This document shows positions 8,587 to 19,316 of a DNA stretch of 64,000 bases, one piece after another (position 1 is the stretch's first letter; each line of letters begins with the position of its first letter). Location: contig SDNP01000007.1 of assembly GCA_004524445.1 (NCBI GenBank), positions 33,141-97,140 of the forward strand, in the 5' to 3' direction. The position numbers and the translations under genes are program-made. This DNA is from Candidatus Thorarchaeota archaeon. GTDB lineage: Archaea > Asgardarchaeota > Thorarchaeia > Thorarchaeales > Thorarchaeaceae. The notes below the pieces were generated by a model. The model worked only from the letters and a program-made list of their open reading frames with translations, did no database searches and was not told the origin of the DNA.

Positions 8587-10488
8587 CTACAGCTTCAGAG
8601 TGAATACGTATTCCTCATCAGCCATTGATAGTTTGCTTTCAACCACTTTTCCGGTCTTATGTAAGAATCGAATCATGGGTTGATTTCGTGGATGCACGTA
8701 TGCTATGAATGCATCTACTCCTTTGCTCTTTGCTATGCGCATAAGATGGTTGAGCAAGAATGTGCCAATACCCTTGTCCTGATACTCGTCTTGAATGACG
8801 ATAGCAAACTCCGCTTGGTTTGTGTTTCGATTGAGCAGATACCTTCCAGCACCAATTATCTTCTCCGTTTCACCCTCCCTATCAGGATGAATGACTGCAA
8901 CAATGGACACATCACGATCTTGGTCTACATCATAAAAGTCCTGTAAAGTCTGTCTTCGAAGGCTTCTAAGCGGAGTCAGGAAGCGGAAGAATATGGACTC
9001 CTCTGATAAGTCATAGAAGAGCTCCTTGATTCTGTCGGAATCATCAGGCCTGATTAATCTGAAGTGGACATTGATATCCCCTCCCTCGGGTCCTTGGAAG
9101 GTTTCTTGAGTTTCATATTCCGAAGCAAAGTAGGTTCCTGTCACTTTGAAGGGCACCTGATCTTCGAAGACATACCTCATGTTCTTTGCTGCTTCCAGAA
9201 GTTCATTTCTGAAATCAGGGTGGGCAATAGCTATTAGTGAGAGTACCCGTTCTCGAATGGTTTCCCCGTGTAATGTTGCTAGACCATACTCCGTGATAAC
9301 CACATCAACGTCTCCCCGGGTTGTTACAACTCCAGCCCCCTCACTTAGTCTTGGCACTATTCTGGAAACCTGTCCATCCATAGCAGTTGAACGCATACAG
9401 ATGATGGCTTTTCCGTTGATAGATCTCTCTGCACCACGAATGAAGTCCACCTGACCGCCAATTCCGCTGTAGAATTTATGACCTATTGAGTCTGCACATA
9501 CTTGACCAGTGAGATCAATTTCCAAGGCTGAGTTGATTGCTATCATCTTTCTATTCTGACCAATTATATACGGATCGTTGACGTATGCCGTGTCGCGGAA
9601 CTCAAACATCGGGTTATCGTCGATATACTCGTAAAGCTTCTTTGATCCCATGGCAAAACTTGCAATCACTTTGTCCTTGTTGATACTCTTTTTCCGATTA
9701 TTGACAATTCCATTCTGTATTAGTGGAATAAGACTATCACTGAACATTTCTGTGTGGATGCCAAGGTCCTGAACACCCGTTTCTTGTAGACTATCACAAA
9801 CTGCTTGTGGGAGGGCGCCGATACCGAGTTCCAGTGTAGATTCGTTTTCAATTAAGCGTGCCACATAAGCCCCGATTTGGTCAATAGTTTTCCCGCCTGG
9901 TTCTCCCTCAAATTCCCGTAGAGGCTCGTTATACGGTACCAAATAATCGATATCTCTGACATTGAAAAAAGAATCCCCATGAGTTATGGGCATCTTTTCA
10001 TTTACTTGGGCAATGACTAGATCCGCACTCTCTGCTGCTGATTTTGTAATATCAACTGAGATACCCAGAGAACAATATCCGTGTTCGTCGGGTGGACTTA
10101 CTTGAATGAGAGCTACATCAAGAGGCATTCTTCTTGATCGAAATAGAGTTGGAATTTCAGAAAGCATCATTGGCGTATAATCAGCTCTTCCCTCAGCTAC
10201 GGCCTCCCTTATGTTCTCAAATACAAAAAACGTATTGTGTCTATACTGTGCCTGAAATTCAGGGTCTGCTGAAGGAGTGTCTCCTAAAGTCAGAAGATGC
10301 ACAATCTCGTTGTCAGACATATTCTCTGCATTCTTTGCTAGCTCTTGTACCAAATGATAGGGTACGCCGCAACCTGTACCAAGAAATATTCTAGTTCCGC
10401 GTCTAATCTTCTTGATAGCTGCAGGTGCATTCAAGACCTTCTTCTTGTATTTTTGCATCCACTCTTCGGGGGCCATAATTGTACTCAC
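8587..10488 (-). CDS. Acetyl-CoA hydrolase/transferase fused to C-terminal GNAT acetyltransferase
   Basis: GIHTEMFSD, SGIGGQVDF, VITEYG in N-terminal part; LSEESIFFRF, AEFAIVIQDEYQDKGIGT Pat-type GNAT in C-terminal part. Confidence 0.92.
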   Translation of the reverse strand: MSTIMAPEEWMQKYKKKVLNAPAAIKKIRRGTRIFLGTGCGVPYHLVQELAKNAENMSDNEIVHLLTLGDTPSADPEFQAQYRHNTFFVFENIREAVAEGRADYTPMMLSEIPTLFRSRRMPLDVALIQVSPPDEHGYCSLGISVDITKSAAESADLVIAQVNEKMPITHGDSFFNVRDIDYLVPYNEPLREFEGEPGGKTIDQIGAYVARLIENESTLELGIGALPQAVCDSLQETGVQDLGIHTEMFSDSLIPLIQNGIVNNRKKSINKDKVIASFAMGSKKLYEYIDDNPMFEFRDTAYVNDPYIIGQNRKMIAINSALEIDLTGQVCADSIGHKFYSGIGGQVDFIRGAERSINGKAIICMRSTAMDGQVSRIVPRLSEGAGVVTTRGDVDVVITEYGLATLHGETIRERVLSLIAIAHPDFRNELLEAAKNMRYVFEDQVPFKVTGTYFASEYETQETFQGPEGGDINVHFRLIRPDDSDRIKELFYDLSEESIFFRFLTPLRSLRRQTLQDFYDVDQDRDVSIVAVIHPDREGETEKIIGAGRYLLNRNTNQAEFAIVIQDEYQDKGIGTFLLNHLMRIAKSKGVDAFIAYVHPRNQPMIRFLHKTGKVVESKLSMADEEYVFTLKL

Positions 10489-10653
10489 CTGAGGGTCGTG
10501 CTACATCATTTACCTACCCCCTATATCTATTTCCAAATGCATGTCAACTCAAATGTCACAGTTGGCAATCTCGGAGATCCGTCGGAAGGCTTAAAGTACC
10601 GTTTTAGTCGCTGACGAGTTAACACAAGACAAACTCTATGGTGTGAAATAAAT

Positions 10654-11934
10654 ATGTCTGAATCTGTGGGAAATCGTTACTTAGTCATGCTCGGAGCTAT
10701 CATAGTCCAGTTATGCCTAGGCACCATTTACGCGTGGTCTGAATTCCAGAACACGCTGACTTTAGTAAGTTCTGAAGGTGGCCTCTATGGATGGGCTGCA
10801 CTCAGCACTCAGTGGCCATTTGCTGCCGGTCTTGCATCGTTTGCTATATTTATGGTGATAGCAGGTCGTTGGCAGGATAATATTGGACCACGAAAAGTAG
10901 CCACGTTTGGTGGCATTCTTCTTGGTGCTGGATACTTTCTGGCCTCATTCATTGATACCCTTGCACTCAACGAAATGATGGGAACAATATACTTGGTCGT
11001 CACCTATGGTATAATCGGTGGTGCTGGTATTGGTTTCGCGTATGTCTGCCCAATAGCAGCCCTTGTGAAGTGGTTCCCTGACAAGAAGGGAAGCGTTTCG
11101 GGAATTGCTGTAGCCGGCTTTGGCGGCGGTGCTCTAATATTCCTCTATATTGAGCAGTATTTGATTGAAGCAGCTGGCGGTCTGATTGGTCAACCCTTCC
11201 TCATTCTTGGCATCGTCTATTTAGTCGGTGTTGTGATAGGAGCTCAAATCCTCGTTGAACCTCCCAAGGGGTGGACTCCAGAGGGATACACTCCTCTGGA
11301 AACAACCGCTGATGGGTCTGGCGGTGGAATGCTCCCAGGCGAAATGATTCGCACTGGTACTTTCTGGTTACTCTGGCTTGCCTTCATCTTCGCTGCAACA
11401 GCCGGTCTTATGACTCTCGGTAACGTGAAGAGTGCAGCCGCAGAGGTTGATCCGCTTGTCATACCCCTCGGTCTTGGTGCTGCCATTGGAGGCATCATGT
11501 CGATATTCAATGCCGCAGGTAGAATCTTCTGGGGTTCAGTGTCTGATAAGTTGGGCCGAGTCCTGGCCATGATGCTCATGTTTATTGTGCTTGCGATTGC
11601 GATGTTCACCTTCGGATACATGGTGACACTACCAGCTGCCGAGGGGATGTGGATATCAATCACTGGAATTGCCTCTGTCATTGGCTTTTGCTTCGGCGGA
11701 AATTTTGCCCTTTTCCCGTCTGCAACAGCTGATAACTTTGGCTCTGAGAATGTAGGCAAGAACTACGGAGTAGTCTTCACCGCGTATGGCATTGCAGGCA
11801 TAGTAGGTGCTTTGGTTGCAGGCTCCTTTGTTGATTTCACGGGAAGTTACTCCCTAGCTTTTGTGACCACTGGAATCCTAGCTATCCTAGCAGTGATACT
11901 AACCATCATCTTGAAGCTGAAAGGTAATAACTAG
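10654..11934 (+). CDS. OFA (oxalate/formate antiporter-like) MFS transporter
   Basis: GRWQDNIGPR, KWFPDKKG, GRIFWGSVSDKLGR; about 12 TM helices. Confidence 0.92.
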   Translation: MSESVGNRYLVMLGAIIVQLCLGTIYAWSEFQNTLTLVSSEGGLYGWAALSTQWPFAAGLASFAIFMVIAGRWQDNIGPRKVATFGGILLGAGYFLASFIDTLALNEMMGTIYLVVTYGIIGGAGIGFAYVCPIAALVKWFPDKKGSVSGIAVAGFGGGALIFLYIEQYLIEAAGGLIGQPFLILGIVYLVGVVIGAQILVEPPKGWTPEGYTPLETTADGSGGGMLPGEMIRTGTFWLLWLAFIFAATAGLMTLGNVKSAAAEVDPLVIPLGLGAAIGGIMSIFNAAGRIFWGSVSDKLGRVLAMMLMFIVLAIAMFTFGYMVTLPAAEGMWISITGIASVIGFCFGGNFALFPSATADNFGSENVGKNYGVVFTAYGIAGIVGALVAGSFVDFTGSYSLAFVTTGILAILAVILTIILKLKGNN

Positions 11935-12136
11935 TGATTTGAATTCAGGGGAGAAATTATCTTTCTTCCCTTCTTTTCTTGTTTTTCACTTTTCTAAAGA
12001 CTCGCACTGTATGTACAAGCTGACTACTTCTCAAAAGAATATGTTAGTTATTTTTTTAAAATACGGTGTTGGACAAGCTTTTTATCTCGGAATTTTGCGC
12101 CGCTACAAAAGCATCGACGCTTCTTGGTGACCAAGA

Positions 12137-14122
12137 ATGTCAGAAGATAAAATTACAGTAGTTTCAGGAGAAGAACGTCGGTTTCCGCCTCCTAAGAGCT
12201 TTGTCAAGAAGGCTTACATCAAAAGCCATGAAGAACGAATGAAGCTCTGGAAGGAGTCTATTGAGAAACCCGATGAATTCTGGCTGAAAATCGCAAAAGA
12301 ATTATGTTATTGGAAGAAAGAACCTACTAAGGGTTTTGAATGGAAAAATCCCAAAGAGGCCCGCTTCACTTGGTTTGAAGATGGGGTAACCAACATGGCC
12401 TACAACTGTCTGGACAAGCATGTCGAGGCAGGTAAGGGCGATCAGGTTGCATTAATATGGCAGGGCGAACCCTTGGAAGAGGCAAGAACATTCACATACC
12501 AACAGCTTCTATCTGAAGTTAGCAAGGCTGCGAACGTTTTGAAGAATCTTGGTGTAGAGAAGGGTGACAGAGTCACATTTTACCTCCCAATGATTCCTGA
12601 GCTCGCAATTCTCATGCTGGCTTGTGTACGTATCGGAGCAGTTCACAGCATTGTGTTTGGTGGCTTTAGTTCCGATTCAGTCAAAGATAGAATCCTTGAT
12701 TGTGAGGGTAAAATCCTCATAACTGCAGATGGCTATTACAGAAGTGGTAAGACTATACAGCAGAAGGCTGGTGCTGATGACGCAGTAGAAGGTCTTGATA
12801 TCATCGAGAAGGTTCTCGTTGTCAAGCGTTTGGGTCTAGATATCCCCTGGGATGATGACCGTGATGTCTGGTATCATGAAGAGATGAAAAAGGTTGACGA
12901 CAAATGTGAACCAGAATGGATGAACGCTGAAGACCCATTGTTCATTCTATATACTTCAGGTTCAACCGGCAAGCCAAAGGGTGTTCTGCATACTGTGGGC
13001 GGATATATGGTATACACAACTCACACTTTCCTGAACATCTTCGATTGGCATCCTGGTGATGTCTACTGGTGTACAGCTGACATTGGCTGGATTACCGGGC
13101 ACTCATACATCACATACGGCCCGCTGTCTGCTGGTGCCACAACCATGATGTTTGAAGGAGTACCAACCTATCCGGATGTTGATCGCTTCTGGCTAGAGGT
13201 GGAACGCTGGAAGGTCAATCAATTCTATACAGCCCCAACCGCTATTCGTGCACTTATGCGGTACGGTGAGGAGCCTGTGGAGAAACACGATCTCTCTAGC
13301 TTGAATCTGTTAGGTACAGTAGGAGAGCCAATTAATCCTGCGGCTTGGACATGGTATCATGAAATTGTTGGTAAGGAGAATTGTCCAATTGTGGACACAT
13401 ACTGGCAAACTGAAACCGGCGGTGTAGTAATCACACCCCTTCCAGGTGCGGACGCCACAATTCCAAGCAGTGCCACATTCCCATACTTCGGAATCGACCC
13501 CTTGATTGTAGATGCTGAGGGTAAGGAGTTGGGTGCTGATGAAGGTGGCTACCTATGTATCAGAAAACCATGGCCTGGTCTAATGAGAACGGTCTATGGC
13601 GACCATGAGCGGTTTGTTAATACTTACTGGGCTCAATACAAGGATCCCGAAAGCGGAAACCCGATGTATATGACTGGTGATGGTGCCCGATTCAACGAAG
13701 AGGGCTACTTCTTTATCATGGGACGTATCGACGACGTGCTTAAGGTGTCAGGTCATAGGCTAGGCACAGCCGAAATCGAATCTGCCCTGGTCAAGCATCC
13801 TAAGGTATCAGAAACAGCTGTTGTTGGAATGCCGCATGACATCAAGGGTGAGGCAATTTATTGCTTCGTGACCCTGAAGTCCGGCATTGAAGGCGACGAG
13901 GCTCTCGTTCAGGAACTTAAGAAGCATGTACGTAGCGAGGTAGGCCCCATTGCAACTCCGGAGAAAATCCAGTTTGCAGATGCCCTACCCAAGACCCGTT
14001 CTGGCAAAATCATGAGGAGAATCCTCAAGAAGATTGCAGCAGGTCAGCTTGATGACTTGGGCGATACAACCACCTTGGCTGATCCAACAGTTGTTGAAAC
14101 CCTCATCAAAGAACGTAAGTAG
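12137..14122 (+). CDS. acs: AMP-forming acetyl-CoA synthetase
   Basis: YTSGSTGKPKG, WQTETGG, GRIDD, PKTRSGKIMRR. Confidence 0.97.
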   Translation: MSEDKITVVSGEERRFPPPKSFVKKAYIKSHEERMKLWKESIEKPDEFWLKIAKELCYWKKEPTKGFEWKNPKEARFTWFEDGVTNMAYNCLDKHVEAGKGDQVALIWQGEPLEEARTFTYQQLLSEVSKAANVLKNLGVEKGDRVTFYLPMIPELAILMLACVRIGAVHSIVFGGFSSDSVKDRILDCEGKILITADGYYRSGKTIQQKAGADDAVEGLDIIEKVLVVKRLGLDIPWDDDRDVWYHEEMKKVDDKCEPEWMNAEDPLFILYTSGSTGKPKGVLHTVGGYMVYTTHTFLNIFDWHPGDVYWCTADIGWITGHSYITYGPLSAGATTMMFEGVPTYPDVDRFWLEVERWKVNQFYTAPTAIRALMRYGEEPVEKHDLSSLNLLGTVGEPINPAAWTWYHEIVGKENCPIVDTYWQTETGGVVITPLPGADATIPSSATFPYFGIDPLIVDAEGKELGADEGGYLCIRKPWPGLMRTVYGDHERFVNTYWAQYKDPESGNPMYMTGDGARFNEEGYFFIMGRIDDVLKVSGHRLGTAEIESALVKHPKVSETAVVGMPHDIKGEAIYCFVTLKSGIEGDEALVQELKKHVRSEVGPIATPEKIQFADALPKTRSGKIMRRILKKIAAGQLDDLGDTTTLADPTVVETLIKERK

Positions 14123-14136
14123 AATGAATAGTATAT

Positions 14137-14178
14137 GGGCGGTACACTCCGCCCTCATCTCTCTTTATTTTTGATTTT
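14137..14178 (+). terminator. Putative terminator after acs
   Basis: GGGCGG...CCGCCC hairpin followed by T-rich tract. Confidence 0.5.
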
Positions 14179-14356
14179 GAAACCCCTATAACTAGGCTGG
14201 ACCATCCTGTATCCGGTGCGAGGTATTATTTTAGGTACCAACCAACAGCTCTCGCTGGTGGTAGAATCACAGGATCGTTTTCAATATGCATATATCACAT
14301 GCATTCGTTTATTACTGGACATTGTCAATAGTTAATCAACTTGGAGAATATGGGAA

Positions 14357-14905
14357 ATGAATAAGAAAGCCGCCGCTGTAATTGTCATCATAATCGGTGC
14401 TATTGCGCTTGCCCCAGTTGCGATGTATGGAGTGGAAGTACAAGTTGCCGATGTCAGCATGACTCTTGGCATTAGCAGTATATTAGGTTCTTTAAGGTTC
14501 AATCCGGCACAGGTTCCGAGCTTCGATATTGGGCTTCAACAGGTACAGATTGATGTAAGTTCTCAAAGCTCCTATGAATATGCACTCTCACGTATAACCG
14601 GAAGAACAGAAACAAGTGAATCGAACTCGAACACTCCTGCAGATGTTCAGATAACTATAGAATTTACGCTGACTACGCCATCCAATCAAACTATAGTATT
14701 TACTCTGAATCCCGGACAGATGCAAGGAACTGGAGAAAAACAGGTGCGCACTATTTTGGGTCCAGACGAGGGTATCTCTGTAACGGGCGAGTTTCATTTG
14801 ACCATAGTCATCTCGATTCAGATAACACCCCCGACCTTTGATAACCCTGTAGTTGACTTAGAGCTCAACCCTGTAAATCGCACTTTCAGCATTCCGAGCA
14901 ATTGA
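14357..14905 (+). CDS. Hypothetical membrane-anchored/secreted beta-rich protein
   Basis: N-terminal MNKK plus hydrophobic segment; Ser/Thr-rich beta-strand pattern. Confidence 0.7.
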   Translation: MNKKAAAVIVIIIGAIALAPVAMYGVEVQVADVSMTLGISSILGSLRFNPAQVPSFDIGLQQVQIDVSSQSSYEYALSRITGRTETSESNSNTPADVQITIEFTLTTPSNQTIVFTLNPGQMQGTGEKQVRTILGPDEGISVTGEFHLTIVISIQITPPTFDNPVVDLELNPVNRTFSIPSN

Positions 14906-15002
14906 ATACGTCAAGATTAGATGTGGAGAGCCCAGGCTCTCCCTAACTCCTTCATTTTGGCTGCTAAGTGTCCCTATAAATCCAAATTTCAGTGATTTTT
15001 CC

Positions 15003-15215
15003 CTATTGTCCTTTATTAGGTGGAAGACGACCTCTCAACGTTCTACGGTATTGAGTCAGTTGGATTGAACAACCAGTCACTTCACCCTGCTCCATAGTAA
15101 TGCCTCCCGTGTATTTACCAGGTTCTAGATTGTAGAAGATTTTCACATATTTTGGTACATAAACGCCAAGATGCTTCTTATCGAATCGGTCCAATCTAAG
15201 AAATCTAATGGACAA
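15003..15215 (-). CDS. Small hypothetical protein (may extend through TAG to 14964)
   Basis: TTG at 15215 just downstream of fdhD; protein-like composition. Confidence 0.45.
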   Translation of the reverse strand: MSIRFLRLDRFDKKHLGVYVPKYVKIFYNLEPGKYTGGITMEQGEVTGCSIQLTQYRRTLRGRLPPNKGQ

Positions 15216-15240
15216 GTAACAGAAAAACCTGGAAATCTCT

Positions 15241-16038
15241 TTACTTGTCGAAGAGAAGTCTGGCGGCCCCCGTATTGTAGATGCGCATACCATTTTCATG
15301 TAGTGCCCCCACAAGTGTAAGATTCCATTTCCGAGCCAGTTTTATGCCTGCATCAGTTGCCACCGCGAAGGAAATCAACAAAGGGATGCCAGTCCATACA
15401 CATTTACTCACAACATCTGCCGTCAGGCGACCTGAAAGAATAGCTAGAGAAGTGTTCAGATTCATATTCTTTGCGACTGCTAGTCCTAATACCTTGTCCA
15501 TTGCATTATGCCTGCCAAGGTCTTCTGCCAAAACGTGTCTGCCACTCAACAGACTCGCCACGAGTGCCCCGTGAGTTGCTCCAGTTCTTGAGCGAATTTC
15601 TTGGTTTTTCAGCAGGATTTCTGAATGCTCTATGATTTTTGACTCATGAACATCAACTGCTTGAGAGATACTTGTTGCCTTACCCTCCAATTGCAACAGC
15701 TCCAAAACGTCAAAGGCCGATTGTTTCGTATTCATTACCCGACAGACTCGGGACAGGTATCTATCCAGATGAATGGAGGCACCATTTCTTGTTTCTATAT
15801 TGCATCGATGCTTCGAATACTTCGCACCCCTAATATCACGGGGCGAATTGATAACTCCCGTTGACAATAGATGTCCGACAGATAACTCTCTCTCAAACCC
15901 TGGAGTACAGATAAAAGAGGCAAGGAATTCTCCATTGATTCTGAGTTCGAATACAGACTCTATGGCAACAAGATCCTCTTCATTCTTGACTTCAGAATCC
16001 TCCACTTTTAGGGTATCAAGGGGTCTGTAGGGCTTCAT
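15241..16038 (-). CDS. fdhD: Formate dehydrogenase accessory sulfurtransferase FdhD
   Basis: TGATHGA, EDLGRHNAMDK, SGRL. Confidence 0.9.
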   Translation of the reverse strand: MKPYRPLDTLKVEDSEVKNEEDLVAIESVFELRINGEFLASFICTPGFERELSVGHLLSTGVINSPRDIRGAKYSKHRCNIETRNGASIHLDRYLSRVCRVMNTKQSAFDVLELLQLEGKATSISQAVDVHESKIIEHSEILLKNQEIRSRTGATHGALVASLLSGRHVLAEDLGRHNAMDKVLGLAVAKNMNLNTSLAILSGRLTADVVSKCVWTGIPLLISFAVATDAGIKLARKWNLTLVGALHENGMRIYNTGAARLLFDK

Positions 16039-16077
16039 TGCTAATCATTCCGGTTCCGTTCCGAGTCGATAAAAGGA

Positions 16078-16803
16078 TTAAGATGATGACCTCGAATCAA
16101 TCTCTACCTGCTCTTTCAAAGCCATTCCGAGTATGATGCATACTATCGTTGCCATGGCAACCTTAATTGGAGTAATGAACGCAGCCGCCAGCCAGAGCAT
16201 TTGCAGCTGAGAAGGTGTGAGTCCATAGAAGAACCAATATGTTTGACCTGGAATTAATATGAATATACGAAGAAGAATATCTGATTCTAGACCAATAATC
16301 CCACTAAACAGGAGTTTACACGTACTCTTTCTCTCATCGGCTTGAGGCCAGATTTTTCCTACTGACAACAATGCGGTCACTATGACAAGAGCATATCCAA
16401 CCAAAACATCCCAAATTCCCCACAGAGGCAGTAGCCACGAAACAGGTGTAATGAAGTATCCTACAAGAAGTAGTGAATATATCGCAAATACTGGTTGCCA
16501 ACGTTCACGATATGTGAAACCTGACATTAATGCTCCTAGAGGTGCCCCAATCATGAAAACAAGCTCATATGGGTTTCGGAAATAGACCATATGACCCACA
16601 AGAGTACCTAAACCCACAGAAAACGCACCAAGATATGGCCCCAGCAGAACGCCTATCAATGGACTCAGTAAGAAGGCCCACGAGTCCCATATGCCACTGT
16701 AAAATCCAGGAAAAATTGGCACGATATCTAGTACAGATATCATCGCTGCAAACACAGCGGCTAGTGAAATCAAGCGGCTTTGAAAACCCTCCTTTGACAG
16801 CAT
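16078..16803 (-). CDS. Integral membrane protein, possible ECF transporter S-component
   Basis: AAVFAA near N-terminus, GVLLGPYLGA motif, about 7 TM helices. Confidence 0.55.
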   Translation of the reverse strand: MLSKEGFQSRLISLAAVFAAMISVLDIVPIFPGFYSGIWDSWAFLLSPLIGVLLGPYLGAFSVGLGTLVGHMVYFRNPYELVFMIGAPLGALMSGFTYRERWQPVFAIYSLLLVGYFITPVSWLLPLWGIWDVLVGYALVIVTALLSVGKIWPQADERKSTCKLLFSGIIGLESDILLRIFILIPGQTYWFFYGLTPSQLQMLWLAAAFITPIKVAMATIVCIILGMALKEQVEIDSRSSS

Positions 16804-17024
16804 AGATTCCTCTGGTATTTCTTGGTCTATTTAATTTGTCCTGCTCGAGAATAATAACAGCAAATTACCTCGCGTACTCAAAAAGCAGCTATGATTATTT
16901 TTCTTAGGATGGACATGCAATGTACCACCCAAATACAATTGTTGGATAGAAACCGATATCCATTCAATCGATAGCTTATTGTAGAACAAAAGTGGTATGG
17001 CATGCTCAGAGGAGCAACTGCGTG

Positions 17025-18083
17025 ATGCAAATCGGAATAGAGTTTGTCCCAGACAAACCAATTGACAAAATCATCAAATGGACCAAACTTGCGGAAAAGG
17101 CCGGTTTCGACAATGTCTGGATAACTGACCATTACAATAACAGAAATGTATGGGCAACACTAGCTGCATTAGCTTTGAAGACTGATAAAATCATGATGGG
17201 GCCTGGAGTGACTAACCCATATCATATCAATCCCGCATTGATTGCGTCTGCAGCTGTGACAATAAATGAGCTTAGCAATGGACGCGCGCTCATCGGAATT
17301 GGCGCAGGTGACAAAGTCACGCTTAACGCATTAGGAATAAAATGGGAAAAACCTGTTAGTGCAGTCGTTGAAGCTATCGAGTACATAAGAACGCTAACTG
17401 ATGGCAGTAGTTACAAAAAGGATGGAAGAGTCTTCAGTGTGAAGAAAGCAAAGCTGGCTTGTGTGAAAAAGGAGCCTATACTAGATAAGGATGGCAAGCC
17501 GGTGCTGGAAGACGGCAAGAAGGTTAAGCGAGGACCGAAGATTCCAATATATGCCGGTGCTCAAGGTCCAATGATGTTGCGGAACACAGCAGAAGTAGCT
17601 GATGGCATTCTCATCAACGCAAGTCATAAGAAAGACTTTGAAATTGCCATTAGGAAGATTGAAGAAGGTGCCAAGAAGGCTGGCCGTACTCTCAATGATA
17701 TCGACATTTCTGCTTATACTGCTTTCAGCATTGGGGAAACTCGAAAGGATGCCCTCAAAGGAGATACCAAAATAGTCGTGGCCTTTATCGTTGCTGGATC
17801 TCCAGATCTTGTTCTCAAGCGGCACAGCCTAGACATGGATGAGTGCAACAGGGTCCGAGAACTACTTCAGCAAGGTAATTTCAAAGACCTGCCGGATGCT
17901 GTGACCGACGAAATGATAGACGCTTTTGCTGTAGTTGGAGATGCACATCAATGTATCGAGCGCATCCAATCTCTTGAGGAGGTAGGTGTTACTCAGTTCA
18001 TAGTTGGCTCACCAATTGGTCCTGACAAAGCCAAGGCAATAGAACAAGTAGGTAAAAAAATCATCCCGCACTTCAAAGATTAA
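17025..18083 (+). CDS. mer: F420-dependent methylene-H4MPT reductase
   Basis: WITDHYNNR, GPGVTNPY, GIGAGD, GAQGP, LINAS, GSPIGPD. Confidence 0.95.
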   Translation: MQIGIEFVPDKPIDKIIKWTKLAEKAGFDNVWITDHYNNRNVWATLAALALKTDKIMMGPGVTNPYHINPALIASAAVTINELSNGRALIGIGAGDKVTLNALGIKWEKPVSAVVEAIEYIRTLTDGSSYKKDGRVFSVKKAKLACVKKEPILDKDGKPVLEDGKKVKRGPKIPIYAGAQGPMMLRNTAEVADGILINASHKKDFEIAIRKIEEGAKKAGRTLNDIDISAYTAFSIGETRKDALKGDTKIVVAFIVAGSPDLVLKRHSLDMDECNRVRELLQQGNFKDLPDAVTDEMIDAFAVVGDAHQCIERIQSLEEVGVTQFIVGSPIGPDKAKAIEQVGKKIIPHFKD

Positions 18084-18406
18084 CCTGAAAACTAGAGAAG
18101 TCAAATCCTATTCGATGTGGTTTCTTAATCTATCAATTAGATAAAACATTGCATTGAATATACGGCCCATAAGAAACTGGTGATATTTCCCAGCACCTCA
18201 CGTGGAAGATAGAGGATTGAATTCTGGTCAGATTGACTTTACTCATAAGCCTAGAAAGGCCGTAGCGAGTGAATTGAGTATGGCAGACGACCAATAACCG
18301 TCATTCACCATTCATAGTGAAACCTCTCAGTGGAAAACCATGATAATTAAGACCGGAATCGTTTTATGAAAAATCCAAGGTTCTATTCTGTTTGGGAGGA
18401 AAACAC

Positions 18407-19270
18407 ATGACAAAAGATTGTACAATAGGAATTCTAAAACTAGGTGCTATTGGAGCTGCACCGCTTATTGATCTACTATTTGATGAACGCGCTGAACGCA
18501 AGGATATTGCCATTAGAACAGTCACGACAGGTGCTTCTTTAGATGAGGAAGCATGCCAAGAGGCTGCAACCAGACTTGCAGAGATGACTCCCGACTTGGT
18601 GATATTAGTGAGTCCTAATGCAGCACTTCCTGGGCCCAAGGGAGCAAGAACGTATCTCTTGGATGAGGAGTTCAAGGTGCTCTCAATATCCGATATGCCT
18701 TCAAAGAACGCATTCTATTCCAAAGATGAATCAGGGAAGAAAGTGCCCTCAGTTCCTGAAACAAGTGGTTTCATAATTCTACCAATGGACCCGATGATTG
18801 GAGCAAGGAAAGAGTTCTTGGATCCGACAGAGATGACCATTTTTAATGCTGACTTGATAAAGCTTCTCTCCTGCACTGGGGTGATGCGGTTTCTACAATA
18901 CGAGCTGGAAAAACTAGTTGATAGTATCAAGACTAAATCCGATATTGATATGCCGACCCTTATTCTCACACCTGAACTGGCATTAGAGGCAGCTGGATTT
19001 GCGAATCCATATGCGCATGCAAAAGCCTACGCAGCACTGAAAATGGCAGAAGCAGTGGCAGACATCACAACAACGGCATGTTTTATGAGAAAAGACCCTG
19101 ATGAATACGTACCGATGGTTGCAGCTGCACACGAGTTACTAGGAACTGCAGCAGAACTCGCAGCATATGCAAGAGAGATGGAGAAAGCAGGAAACTCTGT
19201 ACTTCGTACACCTCATTCTTCCTCAGGAAAGAACCTCAGAAAAACAGAGTTATTTGAAAAACCAGACTAA
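18407..19270 (+). CDS. mtd: F420-dependent methylene-H4MPT dehydrogenase
   Basis: DERAERKDI, SPNAALPGP, DPMIGARKEFLDPTEM, FANPYAHAKA, RTPH. Confidence 0.95.
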   Translation: MTKDCTIGILKLGAIGAAPLIDLLFDERAERKDIAIRTVTTGASLDEEACQEAATRLAEMTPDLVILVSPNAALPGPKGARTYLLDEEFKVLSISDMPSKNAFYSKDESGKKVPSVPETSGFIILPMDPMIGARKEFLDPTEMTIFNADLIKLLSCTGVMRFLQYELEKLVDSIKTKSDIDMPTLILTPELALEAAGFANPYAHAKAYAALKMAEAVADITTTACFMRKDPDEYVPMVAAAHELLGTAAELAAYAREMEKAGNSVLRTPHSSSGKNLRKTELFEKPD

Positions 19271-19316
19271 GATGTGGCTGCGGATGAATATTCATCTCGG
19301 GCATTTTCTTTATCGT

